Shown here: positions 25,501-38,228 of the stretch, piece after piece
Numbering within the stretch: the first letter of the stretch is position 1
Layout of the letters: each line of letters starts with the position of its first letter
DNA from: Dendrobates tinctorius
Lineage: Eukaryota
DNA length: 64,000 bases
Assembly: GCF_039654945.1 (NCBI RefSeq)
Contig: NW_027361676.1
Location: 49,290,001 to 49,354,000 of the forward strand
Direction: 5' to 3'
The notes under the pieces: generated by a model
What the model saw: only the letters and a program-made list of their open reading frames with translations
Database searches by the model: none
What the model was told of the DNA's origin: nothing
Position numbers and translations under genes: made by a program

Positions 25501-26089
25501 CCTCACACTCCGGTCCGAGTGCCAGGTTTTCATGCGAGTCTCTCGCAAGTGAGTATGAGCCCTTACTCAAACATTCACGGTTGTCATCCATGTGCTGGCT
25601 CTGGGCGTTATGGCCCCATTTTTATCAAAGTAATTTTACCATGGACTGGAATATGATTTTTGGTGTATTGCATGCCAATCTTCAGATACACCATATTCAT
25701 GCAAAGGCTTGGACCTCTTCATGAATTGACTACACCAACCCGACATCAAAGCCATGCGGCCAGTATTGATGAATTAAGGGTAATTTGTTTTAGATGGATT
25801 GTATGGTGAGGAAGTGACCACACAAAACGTGCGTTGGGGTGGCGGGAGCACCTGCGTCACAACTGGGTTACCAATGTAAGTGTTTACTTTGTTTTCTCCT
25901 TACATACTCTATATGCACACTGCAGACCAGCACCTTATCTTATCCTTCCATCATAATTGGTATTGCAGCCTTTGTGATTATTCAAGTGAAATTTGTCTTT
26001 TAATCTACCATTTTTAATAAAATGTATTTTTTTTTATGGCACATATATTTGATTTTCTTCGCTATCTACTGCACCATTATAGTATACAG

Positions 26090-26551
26090 TAATTTAAAAA
26101 CGTCAGCTTGCCACACAAAAAAATAACCCCTCACCCAACCCGAGATCACGAAAAATGGAGATGCTACGGGAATCTGAAAAATGGCGCAAATTTTTTTTTT
26201 GTCACCTCTTGAACAAAAAAGAACCTATATATGTTTGGTGTCTATGAACTCGTAATTACCTGGAGAATCACAATGTCAGGTTAGTTTTAGGATTTAGTGA
26301 ACATGGTGAAAAAAAAACAACTGTGGGATTGCACTTTTTTTTGCAATTTCACCACACTTGGAATTTTTTCTCATTTTCGAGTACACAGCATGACAAAACC
26401 AATGGTGGTGTTCAAAAGTACAACTCGTCCTGCAAAAAACAAGCCCTCACATGGCCATTTTGACCAAAAAAATCAAAACGTTATGGCTCTGGGAAGAAGG
26501 GGGGCAAAAAATGAAAATGCAAAACCAAAAATGCCTCTGGTCATTAAGGAG
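26090..26551 (-). mobile_element. piggyBac-like MITE fragment
   Basis: Related to the reverse complement of ~58870-59000; ends GGTCATTAAGGAG|TTAA. Confidence 0.55.
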
Positions 26552-26664
26552 TTAAAGCGGGGTTCACGGTCGCTGTACAAACCACATCCATGTTTGTGGT
26601 CCATGTACAGAACAGTACTTTGACTGACTGCTAATTTGGTGAATTATGCCTCTGAGGGCATATA

Positions 26665-28295
26665 CAGTTAGGTCCATATATATTTGGACAGAGACAACAT
26701 TTTTCTAATTTTGGTTCTAGACATTGCCACAATGAATTTTAAACAAAACAATTCAGATGCAGTTGAAGTTCAGACTTTCAGCTTTCATTTGAGGGTATCC
26801 ACATTAAAATTGGATGAAGGGTTTAGGAGTTTCAGCTCCTTAACATGTGCCACCCTGTTTTTAAAGGGACCAAAAGTAATTGGACAGATTAAATAATTGT
26901 AAATAAAATGTTCATTTCTAGTACTTGGTTGAAAACCCTTTGTTGGCAATGACTGCCTGAAGTCTTGAACTCATGGACATCACCAGATGCTCTGCCAGGC
27001 CTTCACTGCGGTGGTTTGCAGTTGCTGTTTGTTTGTGGGCCTTTCTGTCTGAAGTTTAGTCTTTAACAAGTGAAATACATGCTCAATTGGGTTGAGATCA
27101 GGTGACTGACTTGGCCATTCAAGAATATTCCACTTCTTTGCTTTAATAAACTCCTGGGTTGCTTTGGCTTTATGTTTTGGGTCATTGTCCATTTATAGTA
27201 TGAAATGATGACCAATCAGTTTGGCTGCATTTGGCTGGATCTGAGCACACATTATGGCTCTGAATACCTCAGAATTCATTCGGCTGCTTCTGTCCTGTGT
27301 CACATCATCAATAAACACTAGTGACCCAGTGCCACTGGCAGTCATGCATGCCCAAGCCATCACACTGCCTCCGCCGTGTTTTACAGATGATGTGGTATGC
27401 TTTGGATCATGAGCTGTACCACACCTTGGCCATACTTTTCTCTTTCCATCATTCTGGTAGAGGTTGATCTTGGTTTCATCTGTCCAAAGAATGTTCTTCC
27501 AGAAATGTGCTGGCTTTTTTAGATGTTTTTTAGCAGCGTCCAGTCTAGCCTTTTTATTCTTGATGCTTATGAGTGGCTTGCACCATGCAGTGAACCCTCT
27601 GTATTTACTTTCATGCAGTCTTCTCTTTATGGTAGATTTGGATATTGATACGCCTACCTCCTGGAGAGTGTTGTTCACTTGGTTGGCTGTTGTGAAGGGG
27701 TTTCTCTTCACCATGGAGATTATTCTGCTATCATCCACCTCTGTTGTCTTCCGTGGGCGCCCAGGTCTTTTTGCATTGATGAGTTCACCAGTGCTTTCTT
27801 TCTTTCTCAGGATGTACCAAACTGTAGATTTTGCCACTCCTAATGTTGTAGCAATTTCGCGGATGGTTTTTTTTCTGTTTTTGCAGCTTAAGGATGGCTT
27901 GTTGCACCTGCATGGAGAGCTCCTTTGACCGCATGTTTCCTTCATAGTAAAACCTTCCAAATGCAAGCACCACACCTCAAATCAACTCAACTCCAGGCCT
28001 TTTATCTGCTTAATTGAGAATGACATAACGAAGGGATTGCCCACATTTGTACATGAAATAGCCTTGGAGTCAATTGTCCAATTACTTTTGGTCCCTTTAA
28101 AAACAGTGGCACATGTTAAGGAGCTGAAACTCCTAAACCCTTCATCCAATTTTAATGTGGATACCCTCAAATGAAAGCTGAAAGTCTGAACTTCAACTGC
28201 ATCTGAATTGTTTTGTTTAAAATTTATTGTGGTAATGTCTAGAACCAAAATTAGAAAAATGTCTGTCTCTGTCCAAATATATATGGACCTAACTG
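26665..28295 (-). mobile_element. Full-length Tc1 (DD34E) transposon, 1631 bp, defective transposase
   Basis: TA TSDs and ~220-bp TIRs beginning CAGTTAGGTCCATATATATTTGGACAGAGACA. Transposase starts at ATG 27934 (MRSKELS...) with WTDETK, DNDPKH and SPDLNPIE (34 spacing). Frameshift in the T run near 27870 and in-frame stop at 27193-27195. Confidence 0.95.
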
Positions 28296-29065
28296 TATGT
28301 GGCTGTTGGGTCAGGTCAGGAGACCCGCGCTCAATACGGGCATTGTGGTTAGTTCGGACCGTGAATTCCAGCAAACTGAACCCAAATTAAGAGGCTGCTC
28401 TTTTTATAATCTTGTGCTGGTGTGATGATTTATATCAGGGTTACAGAAATCTCTTTGCTACCAGGGTCTCACGGTTTTTTTCTGTTGATAACCACAGGAG
28501 GTTTTATTTCTTACGTAAAAATCAAAGTGACTCCCGGAGTTTAGCTGTAATCTGCCTATCCCTGGTTTATATTAGAAAGCATATCCTACTGTCAGGATCT
28601 GGTGGTTGCTCTAAGGCTTAGAGTACATAAGAAAGCCAGATGTGGAGCAACATTGCTTTTCAGGGTGTAATGGAGAGATCTGACAATTTGCTTTTTGTAT
28701 GTATCTGATATCGCTGCAAGCAAGAATACTACTCACGAGCCATTTGTGTCAGTCTTTGCATGTTCTAAGAAGAATAAGCACTCTGCGTGTGTCAGTCACT
28801 GGAAACGGGCACTATGAAGACCGGCAGCATCTGCTCATAGAAAACTGGTGTAGGAGGTCTGATCTCCATAGGAAATGAAATCTATCCATTGTAGCATTTC
28901 ATGTGTCTTATATGGGCCTTGGCACATTGACCTACAAAACTTGTATCAATTGTCCCTGAGGCTGATTTATTAGTGATGTCAAAGAGATGCGGTGTGGTGT
29001 TGTATAAAACTGCTATTAATCTGAGATGTAGATATATGGATCTTGTGACATTACTTTTGACGTCA

Positions 29066-29600
29066 AAATGGATCTACCTGTGGCAAAACATTTCTGTATC
29101 CCTGATCACAGCAGCGTGGATATGAAATTACTGGTATTGAAAGGTAACTTCAATTCTCAGAGAGAGAGACGAGTTTGGGAGTACAAATTTATGACGAACT
29201 TTGACACTCTCAGTGCTGGAATGAATGTGTCGCATGGATTTATGTCTTTTTACATCAATTAAGGAATTTCCTTTTAAAACCTTGTGGGGGCATCACAACA
29301 CAGAACTAGACCCCAATCAGAGGACCATAAAACATCCGGACTCCTTATCTATGAACTGGTCCAATGTTTATATTTATGTTTCTCCCTCTCCCATATTGAT
29401 AGTTCTGCTTCACGTCACTTGGCTTATCTATTGCATTTTTTCTAGGCTGTATTGTGCATAAATATGTGACTCTTCAGATTTTGTATTAGTCTAGCCTGAT
29501 GAAGAGACCTGAGTAGTCTCGAAAGCTTGCAATGTGTTACCATCTTTTCAGTTAGCCATTAAAAGGTATCAACTACTGAGGACTCTCAATTCTGAATATT
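29066..29600 (+). mobile_element. 5'-truncated Penelope-like retroelement (GIY-YIG C-terminus, 3' UTR, hammerhead)
   Basis: Perfect 15-bp TSD TTACTTTTGACGTCA (29051-29065, 29601-29615). ORF end PVAKHF...H...R...E..F.T...GMN is typical of the Penelope/Poseidon endonuclease C-terminus. Confidence 0.88.
29494..29530 (+). ncRNA. Minimal hammerhead ribozyme motif
   Basis: GC-CTGATGA-a-GAGAC(ctgagta)GTCTC-GAAAGCTT-GC. Confidence 0.75.
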
Positions 29601-29731
29601 TTACTTTTGACGTCATGATGAAAGAAACAGTCTGATTGTTCCACAGAGATGCTCTTCAGAGGCCGTCATACAGAGAAAATGAAAGAGATTTTCTGTATCA
29701 TTCATGTTCATTTGTTTGACAAATGGCAGTC

Positions 29732-30150
29732 TTAAAATGGTTATCCACTACTAGGACACCTCTTCTCATTCCTCATGTTCGGCCTTGTTAAAGTAAAAAC
29801 ACCTATACTAACCTCCTGTGTCAGCACTCCTATCCCCGGGACGCATGTGAAATGATTACGTCACACAAGCCCAGCGCCGGCTTCACTGTCCTCCCCTTCA
29901 GACATATTGAACATCAACAGGAAGTGAGGGCTGCGGCTGTTCTGACTTCCTCTTGAATTATGGTTTGTCCGGAGGCCAGGACAGTGACGCCAGCGCTGAT
30001 TGGGCTCACGTGCCAGAACAACCTCATGTGAGCCTCGGGAACTCGAGTGCTGACTCCGCCTAAACAACGCTGGTACCATAGGTGAGCATAGGTGTTTTTA
30101 TTTTACCTTGGCCAAACATGAGGAATGAGTAGGGGTTGTCCAAGTAGTAC
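29732..30150. mobile_element. Kolobok/T2-like MITE
   Basis: TTAA-started element with long imperfect inverted ends (CTCATTCCTCATGTT / AACATGAGGAATGAG). Confidence 0.6.
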
Positions 30151-30330
30151 TGTTAAAAACCACATCTCTGCAAAAAAAAAAAAAAAAAAGTAGCCAACAT
30201 TCATAAAGCTCCATTGAAAGAAAGATAAGTTGCAAGTCTCAAAAAATGGTCACAGATGCATAGAAGCTGTCACTCAAGCAGGAGGAGGCGGTGGTGTGCG
30301 GGCAATAGAGCTGGAGTGACTGAGGCTTTA

Positions 30331-30625
30331 GGCTATGTGCACACGCTGCGGATTCACCCGCGGATTTGTATCTGCGGATCCGCAGGTAAAATGACCTGCG
30401 GATTGGTCAGCAGTTTTCCCCTGCGGTTTGCCACCTGGACAATGGAATAGGTGGCAAACCGCAGCGGAATCCGCGGAAAGAATTGACATGTCAATTCTTT
30501 CTGCAGATTCAAAACCGCAGCATGTGCACAGCGGATTGTAAGTCACATAGACTTACATTGTGCTGTACACTGTCTGCGGAACTGCTGCAAATCTGCAGCA
30601 GAATCCGCAGCGTGTGCACGTGGCC
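30331..30625. mobile_element. PIF/Harbinger-type MITE
   Basis: TTA|GGCTATGTGCACACGCTGCGGATTC...GAATCCGCAGCGTGTGCACGTGGCC|TTA, perfect 3-bp TSD. Confidence 0.88.
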
Positions 30626-30855
30626 TTAGAGCTACCATAACCATTTTTCATATCAATTCAGTTTCTGATTTCTCAGTTGAGGAATGGTCTGGCTGGCTAA
30701 AGATATTTCTGGACTTCATGTGCATATAAATAGTTTGGAGAGAAATCCTGCTGTCAACAGGACATCACCTTTAAAATAAAAACAGAAGTCTTTCTATTGA
30801 TTTGTTATTGCGCTGCAGATTATTTTAGAAGGTTATACTTAAGAGTCTGAATATA

Positions 30856-31420
30856 CAGTGGCTTGTGAAAGTATTCACCCTCCTTTTAGAATTTTTTGTT
30901 TTGCCACCTCACAACCTGGATTTTTTTTTTTTTTTTTTTTTTTGAGGGTTTGCATCAGTTCATGTTAAGAACATGCCTACAACTGTGATCATTTGATTTT
31001 CTTTTTATTGTGAAGCAAAGAACAAACGGACAAAATAACCATAAACTTAAGTGTGCATAACTATTCACCCCCATAAAGTCAGTGCTTTGTAGAGCCTCCT
31101 TTTGCAGCAATTACAGCTGCCAGTCACTTTGGATAGGTCTCTGAGTTTTTCACATCTTGCCACTGTATTTTTGCCCATTCCTCAAAGCAAAACTGCTCCA
31201 GCTCCTTCATGTTAGATAATTTCCTCTGGTGAACAGCAATCTTCAAGTCTGACCACAGATTATCAAATGGATTAAAGGGAGCCTGTCAGCAGGATTCCTT
31301 TCATGTGACTTATGAAGGAGGTATTTACTTGTACCAGAAATTTGTTTTAGATGCTTCATAGCAAAAGGGGTGAATACATATGCATATGCCAATTTTTAGT
31401 TATTTAATCCCATATATTTA
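30856..31420. mobile_element. Tc1 relic (IR/DR-type end)
   Basis: TA|CAGTGGCTTGTGAAAGTATTCACCC start; TATTCACCC recurs at ~31062 and inverted at ~31367. Confidence 0.6.
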
Positions 31421-32598
31421 TGCCTCTATGTGAATATGTGCGAATTCCTGCTGTGATGGCAATCATTCTATTCACTGTGTACTTACAATTGCTCATTTTG
31501 CCTTTCTATCCAGTCAATTATTTTTTCATTAGTTCTATGACATCACGTGATTACAAACTGATTAGCTGAATCTTTCTAATCTCTATGTAGGAAGAGGAGG
31601 TCAATTTTCCTTGTATGAGTCGCTGCAAAAGTCCCTGGTGGGGCGGAGGAACACCTGGATCAGGAGTTGAAGAGGGGAATGATAAATGCAGGGGCAAGAA
31701 ATTTCCTGTTTCTACATAGAACAGAGAAAAGAGAAGAATTAGCTGGGCAGAAAGGCAAAATGAGCAATTGTAACTGCACAGTGCTGTATAACATGATTGC
31801 ATTATATTAAGAGGATAATAAAAACTTTGATGGGAGGAGTGCTTCTTTAATTCATAAACCTTGCCATACTATTTCTGAATGTGTAGAGTAAATGTTGCAA
31901 TCTTTAACACTTATTTTTTTATGTTAAGTCACACTACTTGAATAGAAATTAACGTTGAGGGCGAGGACTTTAATGTAACAGTTCTTTGAGCAAATATTCA
32001 CGTATGTGTCACTTTTCAGCTTGAGAATAAAAGGCTTCTGATCACAGCAAAATGAACCAAGCTAGTGAATGGCAGAAGCTCCACTGGGACAGCGGGCATG
32101 TAGGCCATATAAAGGCTAGACATTTTCCTTTGTGTGCTAAATGCTTGGTTTGAATGAGGGATTTGAAGACTTGTAAAATAGAATAATAGAATTGCCTATA
32201 AGATTTGTTTCATGATTTTGACTGAAATTTAAATCAGGGTTGCATTGATGGGGTTTTTCATTTGGTCGGTTCACATGCCTGATACATGTATTTTATTTAC
32301 TTTCAGTGAATTGCTATTCGGGACCAGGGTTCCCCCTCCACTCTTCAGATACTGACCGCTTTCTCTATACTACTGTGCGTTGCGAGACGTCGGTCATCCA
32401 TATCATCGGACATCGTTCTGCAGCTCTGGCAGTGTGCGACCGTGGTGTTGCCCTCATCATTCACACTTATGACATATGCTCCGCATATATTTTAAATATA
32501 TGATAAATACATACAATGTATGGCAAAAATTTTGGGACGCCTGCATATTACACCGACTGAAGCTTTTATGGCATCCTATTCTAAATCCATGGGCATTA

Positions 32599-34593
32599 GG
32601 CCATGTTCACACGTTAAATACATGCACACAGTGAACAAGTCTGTAGGACAGTGTTCACACCACCACTTGTTTTTACAAGATTAGGGAGGCTTTCCACGCC
32701 TCCCTTGTGGTCCGCGCACATATCCGCAGTTCTCTGCTGCGTGTCCACATCGGACATTACCTTTCTGAATCCTGCTCTTATAGGTATTATACCCATGATC
32801 AGGTTTTTAAATACATCGGTTAGGGACTGCTTTGATACAGGTTGCCTTGATGTTTGGTAGAGCGGCTTATTATGTATTTTTGCAAAAAACTTATCAATCA
32901 AATACCCTGTTTTGTTGTCTTTTTACTAGCACTTGCTGTTTACTGTTACTTTTTTACAACAGAGTATTTTTACACGTTTTATTGTATTTTTCTATGTTGC
33001 ATTTTTGCTGCGTTTTTATGCAGATTAAAAGCTGTGTTTTACAGTGCCAGTAAAAGCTATGAGATTTCAGAAATCTCATGCATACACATTTTTTTCCTGA
33101 CTGAATTGGAAAACTTCCTTTTTTTTTAAAATTGCAGCATGTCACTTTCAGCATTTTTTGCAGCGTTTTTTCACCCATAGAAAGCAATGAGCAAGTGCAA
33201 TAAAGCAGCATTCTACATTAGAAATATAGTGGATGAGATGTATAGAAATCCCATGCCCACTGTGCGTCTATTTACTGCTGCGTATATTTGCCCGTGGTGC
33301 GGGTTTATGAGCCTCAGCATGTTAATTTTAGTAGCAGAGAGGCTAGTCTGCGTAGTTTTCCCCCATAGCCATTCATTAGATGCGTTAAACCTGCATAGTT
33401 AACTAAGGATATAAAAACACCCAAAATCAACCTCCCTTTGGAAGTTCAAATCAGAAACAGAGCATTTAAATGGTAAAACCTCATTTATTTTATTAATGCA
33501 AGTATCAAAGTTTTTTTTAAAAAAGACATTTCATGTTCACAAAATTAGTGCAAGAAAAAAGGGACAAACAACTCCCATTATAGTATATTGTGCTGCATTG
33601 TAATTGGCCCTCATAGCTTCACAAGTATAAGACCCATAACATCTTGGATTCAATTTATTCACTCTGGTAGAGATCTATGCTAAAGTATCTGCTATTCAGT
33701 ATGGAACTTGCAAAGTGCAACCATTACATAGCTAGTACTCATAGACTGCAAAATCAGCTAGCCTAAGCTGCCTAAAATGCATCCAAGTTGTGCTGGGAAC
33801 TGCAACTAACTAATCTAAACAATTAAATATATACAATGTCCAATTAGCGCTGAAGCTACTGAGGCCATTACCTGGATCCTAGCAGCGTTCCCCGAAGTCC
33901 CTGGGAGATACTTCCAGGGGTGGAGGGAAGTATCTCCCAGGGACTTCGGGGAACGCTGCTAGGATCCAGGTAATGGCCTCAGTAGCTTCAGCGCTAATTG
34001 GACATTGTATATATTTAATTGTTTAGATTAGTTAGTTGCAGTTCCCAGCACAACTTGGATGCATTTTAGGCAGCTTAGGCTAGCTGATTTTGCAGTCTAT
34101 GAGTACTAGCTATGTAATGGTTGCACTTTGCAAGTTCCATACTGAATAGCAGATACTTTAGCATAGATCTTTACCAGAGTGAATAAATTGAATCCAAGAT
34201 GTTATGGGTCTTATACTTGTGAAGCTATGAGGGCCAATTACAATGCAGCACAATATACTATAATGGGAGTTGTTTGTCCCTTTTTTCTTGCACTAATTTT
34301 GTGAACATGAAATGTCTTTTTAAAAAAAAACTTTTTTGATACTTGCATTAATAAAATAAATGAGGTTTTACCATTTAAATGCTCTGTTTCTGATTTGAAC
34401 TTCCAAAGGGAGGTTGATTTTGGGTGTTTCTATTGATTGCTTTGAGAGCATTATTTAGGTTGGATTTGGCTGATTTTGGTACTATTAACTAAGGATATGC
34501 GGATTTTACTGCATGATTAGAATGCAGAGTTTTCGAGGCAGCAAAAATATGCATCTTCCAAACGCTGCTATTCCTGATTGTGGACACGTGGCC
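32599..34593. mobile_element. Harbinger-type non-autonomous element hosting the 1-kb palindromic insertion
   Basis: TTA|GGCCATGTTCACA...TGTGGACACGTGGCC termini; GCAG/CTGC-rich interior shared with other copies in the window. Confidence 0.6.
33413..34484. repeat. Near-perfect ~500-bp inverted duplication inserted with a 14-bp TSD
   Basis: Arms 33415-33915 and 33926-34429, 10-bp spacer, 55-bp unpaired tail; TSD TTAACTAAGGATAT at 33399-33412 and 34485-34498. Confidence 0.95.
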
Positions 34594-34920
34594 TCAATTG
34601 AAATAAAAAGCATGTACAGAAGAATGTGAAACATGTATGTATTTTTGTGATTTTCAACCAAAATGTCTTAGTGTCCTCATAATAGCAAGGCAGTTGGGAT
34701 TAATACAGTTTAATTAAATAAGTGATATGTGTAAAAGTAAACATTGGCCGACTAAGGTGGGAAACTAATCATTGGTTGACCAAGGCGTGAAATTGAACAA
34801 TACCTGCGAACTCAATGGCCAATGATTGTGTAAAAGTAAATGATGTCCGCCCTACTAAAACACTGCCAATGTCTCAGGTAAATCTTTCCAGACCAGTTCA
34901 TCTCCCCCCGCCCCCCCCCT

Positions 34921-34921
<1 letters not shown>

Positions 34922-34978
<57 letters not shown>
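34922..34978. repeat. (CA)n microsatellite
   Basis: Read directly. Confidence 0.98.
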
Positions 34979-34980
<2 letters not shown>

Positions 34981-35229
34981 TTACGTTTGTAATTATGTAC
35001 TGTATTTTTCCATGAACTCATGAACTTTTTTTGCTCAGAATAGTCATTATTTTTTCAGACATAAATCTTTTTTCACTAAGTGAGTTGATCAATTTACCAT
35101 TTTTCCCAAAAATGTTTTATGGCTTCACACATGTTTTGCTTTGGTGACCAAACCTTGGATTGTTCATGCTTGTTTGGGGGAAGCAATACTGAACTTTGCA
35201 ATTCTGAAAAACGCAGTAAAAAAGCCAGC

Positions 35230-35672
35230 TGTCATGGTTTGAACAGGGTTCTTGCCCTGCACTCAGAGGGTTAAGTGCTCGTGGCCTCTTTCTGGATCTG
35301 GGAGGGGTATTTATACTCACTCTTTACCAGGGTTCTCTGTCAGCTATACTGTTGTTCTGGTGTGTCTGACCCCTGGTGTGCGTGTATTCTGCGTTGCTTG
35401 TTTGCTTCCCGTGTATGACCCAGTCTGTCCCCTCACTCTGTACTCCGTCTCTCGTTTTGGTATTATTGTCTTTTCCGGTTCTGACCGCTTGGCTATCGTT
35501 ACTCCGTTATAGTTTGTCCCTATTGTACCGTCTATTGCCCGTTCTGGTTTTCTGATCTATTGTTTCGTCCTGACTATCCATTCTGTCTAACCCTTTGGTA
35601 CTGTATTTCTATCTTGTGCTTTGACCCTGGCTTCATCTGGTTTCTGTCTCTGTCTATGCCCCTTGGTAACAA
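35230..35672. mobile_element. Probable solo LTR
   Basis: TGTCA...TAACA ends, TATTTATA box, pyrimidine-rich U5-like half; no TSD seen. Confidence 0.45.
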
Positions 35673-35989
35673 TGTCCTGTAGTTGCCTTTCTAGGAGTTT
35701 CCTTGCAGCTCCTAGCTCTGTGGAGCTTAGGCCACGCCCCCAGTAGTCACATGCTTCAGGTCCTCATACTCTGATGCACGCATCGTCACGGCTGCTGCCC
35801 TGCTCCACAGGTATCTTTGAGCACTGTTTTTGTACTCAGGACACACGCACTGGCTCAGTGAGCAAGTGCAGTGCGGGGTTCCTGACACCAGCAAAACCTG
35901 CTTTGTTTGCAGCTTTTTTACTGCCAAGAAATCAGGTTTTGGCTGCAGGAAAAAAAAGCAAAAGAGCAACGTATGAATATATCTTTACT

Positions 35990-38228
35990 ATGGATCTGGT
36001 CCAGACATAAAAATACACAAAGAAAATGGGAGACATTTATTACCATCCTGAATAGGACCTGTGCACAATATATACCGTACGGGAATAAACATGCGAGAAA
36101 TAGGAGGAAACCACTATGGCTAAATAGAGCTGTAAGGGGCGCAATAAGAGATAAAAATAAAGCATTTAGAGAATTAAAGCAAGTAGGTAGTGATGAGGCA
36201 TTAAATAAATACAGAAGATTAAATAAATTCTGTAAAAAACAAATCAAGACAACAAAGATTGAGACAGAGACACTCATTGCCAGAGAAAGTAAAAATAATC
36301 CCAAAATATTCTTTAACTACATAAATAGTAAGAAACTAAAAAATGATAGTGTTGGCCCCCTTAAAAATTAGTCTGGGTGAAATGGTGGATGAGGAAAAAG
36401 CCAATATGCTAAATGACTTTTTTTCAACAGTGTTTACACAAGAAAATCCCATGACTGATAACATGATCAGGGATAAAAATTCTCCATTAAATGTCACCTG
36501 CTTAACCCAGCAGGAAGTACGGCGGCGTCTAAAAATCACTAAAATTGACAAATCCCCGGGCCCGGATGGGATACACCCCTGAGTACTGCAAGAATTAAGC
36601 ACAGTCATAGATAGACCATTATTTTTAATCTTTAAAGATTCCATAATTACAGGGTCTGTACCACAGGAATGACGTATAGCAAATGTGGTGCCAATATTCA
36701 AAAAGGGGACAAAAACTGAACTCGGAAATTATAGGCCAGTAAGTTTAACCTCAACTGTGGGTAAAATCCTGGAGGGTTTTCTAAGAGATACTATACTGGA
36801 GTATCTGGAGAAGAATAACCTCATGACCCAATATCAACATGGGTTTACAAGGGACCGTTCCTGTCAGACTAATCTGATAAGCTTTTATGAAGAGGTAAGT
36901 TCCGGACTGGACCAAGGGAATGCAGTGGACGTGGTGTACATGGACTTTTCAAAAGCTTTTGATACGGTGCCACACAAAAGGTTGATACATAAAATGAGAA
37001 CAATGGGGATAGGGGAAAATATGTGTAGGTGGGTTAAGAACTGGCTCAGGGATAGGAAACAAAGGGTGGTTATTAATGGAGCACACTCGGACTGGGTCAC
37101 GGTTAGCAGTGGGGTACCACAGGGGTCAGTTTTGGGCCCGCTTCTTTTTAACAAATTTATTAATGACCATGTAGGGGGCATAGAGAGTAGAATTTCAATA
37201 TTTGCAGATGACACTAAACTCTGCAGGGTAATCAATACAGAGGAGGACAATTTTATATTACAGGAGGATTTATGTAAACTAGAAGCTTGGGCTGATAAAT
37301 GGAAAATGAGCTTTAATGGGGACAATTGTAAGGTCATGCACTTGGATAGAACGAACAAGATGTATAATTATGTGCTTAATTGTAAAACACTGGGCAAAAC
37401 TGTCACTGAAAAAGACCTGGGTGTATGGGTGGACGACAAACTCACATTTAGTGGCCAGTGTCAGGCAGCTGCTGCGAAGGCAAATAAAATAATGGGATGC
37501 ATTAAAAGAGGCATAGATGCTCATGAGAACATAATTTTGCCTCTATATAAGTCACTAATGCGACCACACTTGGAATACTGCGTGCAGTTCTGGTCTCGGG
37601 TGTATATGAAAGACATTGCTGAACTGTAGCGGGTGCAGAGAAGAGCGACCAAGGTTATTAGGGAACTAGGGGGTGTGCAATACCAAGACAGGTTATTACA
37701 CTTGGGGTTATTTTGTTTGGAGAATCGAAGGCTTAGGGGTGATCTTATTACAATGTATAAATATATGCGGGGACAGTACAAAGACCTTTCTAATGATCTT
37801 TTTACTCTTAGACCTGTGAGGGGACAAGGGGGCATCCTCTACGTCTGGAGGAAAGAAGGTTTAAGCATAGTCAGACGCGGATTCTTTACTGTAAGAGCAG
37901 TGAGACTATGGAACTCTCTGCCATATGATGTTGTAATGAGTGATTCCCTAATAAAATTTAAGAAGGGACTGGATGCCTTTCTTGAAAAGTATAATATTAC
38001 AGGGTATATACACTAGTCTCCTTAATATTGCGTTGATCCAGGGAGCTAGTCTGATTGCCGTATGTGAAGTCGGGAAGGAATTTTTTTCCCCAATGTGAAG
38101 CCTACTGTTTGCCACATGGTTTTTTTTTTTGCCTTCCTCTGGATCAACATGTTTAGGGCAAGTTAGGATAGGATATGGGTTGAACTAGATGGACTTAGTC
38201 TCCCTTCAACCTTAATAACTATGTTACC
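35990..38228 (+). mobile_element. CR1-clade LINE, 5'-truncated, ORF2 reverse transcriptase pseudogene
   Basis: KPLWL, KSPGPDGIHP, NYRPVSLTS, YMDFSKAFD, GVPQGSVLGP, FADD, RPHLEYCVQFW and WNSLP motifs; stops near 36580, 36670 and 37627 plus frameshifts; 3' tail ...AACCTTAATAACTATGTTAC. Confidence 0.95.

Noticed and set aside
25806-25840. Hammerhead-like GTGAGGAAG...AAAACGTGCGTTGGG
   Set aside because: Both core boxes are mutated; at most a dead relic, so not called as a ribozyme.
32306-32503. Possible host exon after a TTTCAG acceptor
   Set aside because: No clear donor, and the only open frame has no recognisable similarity.
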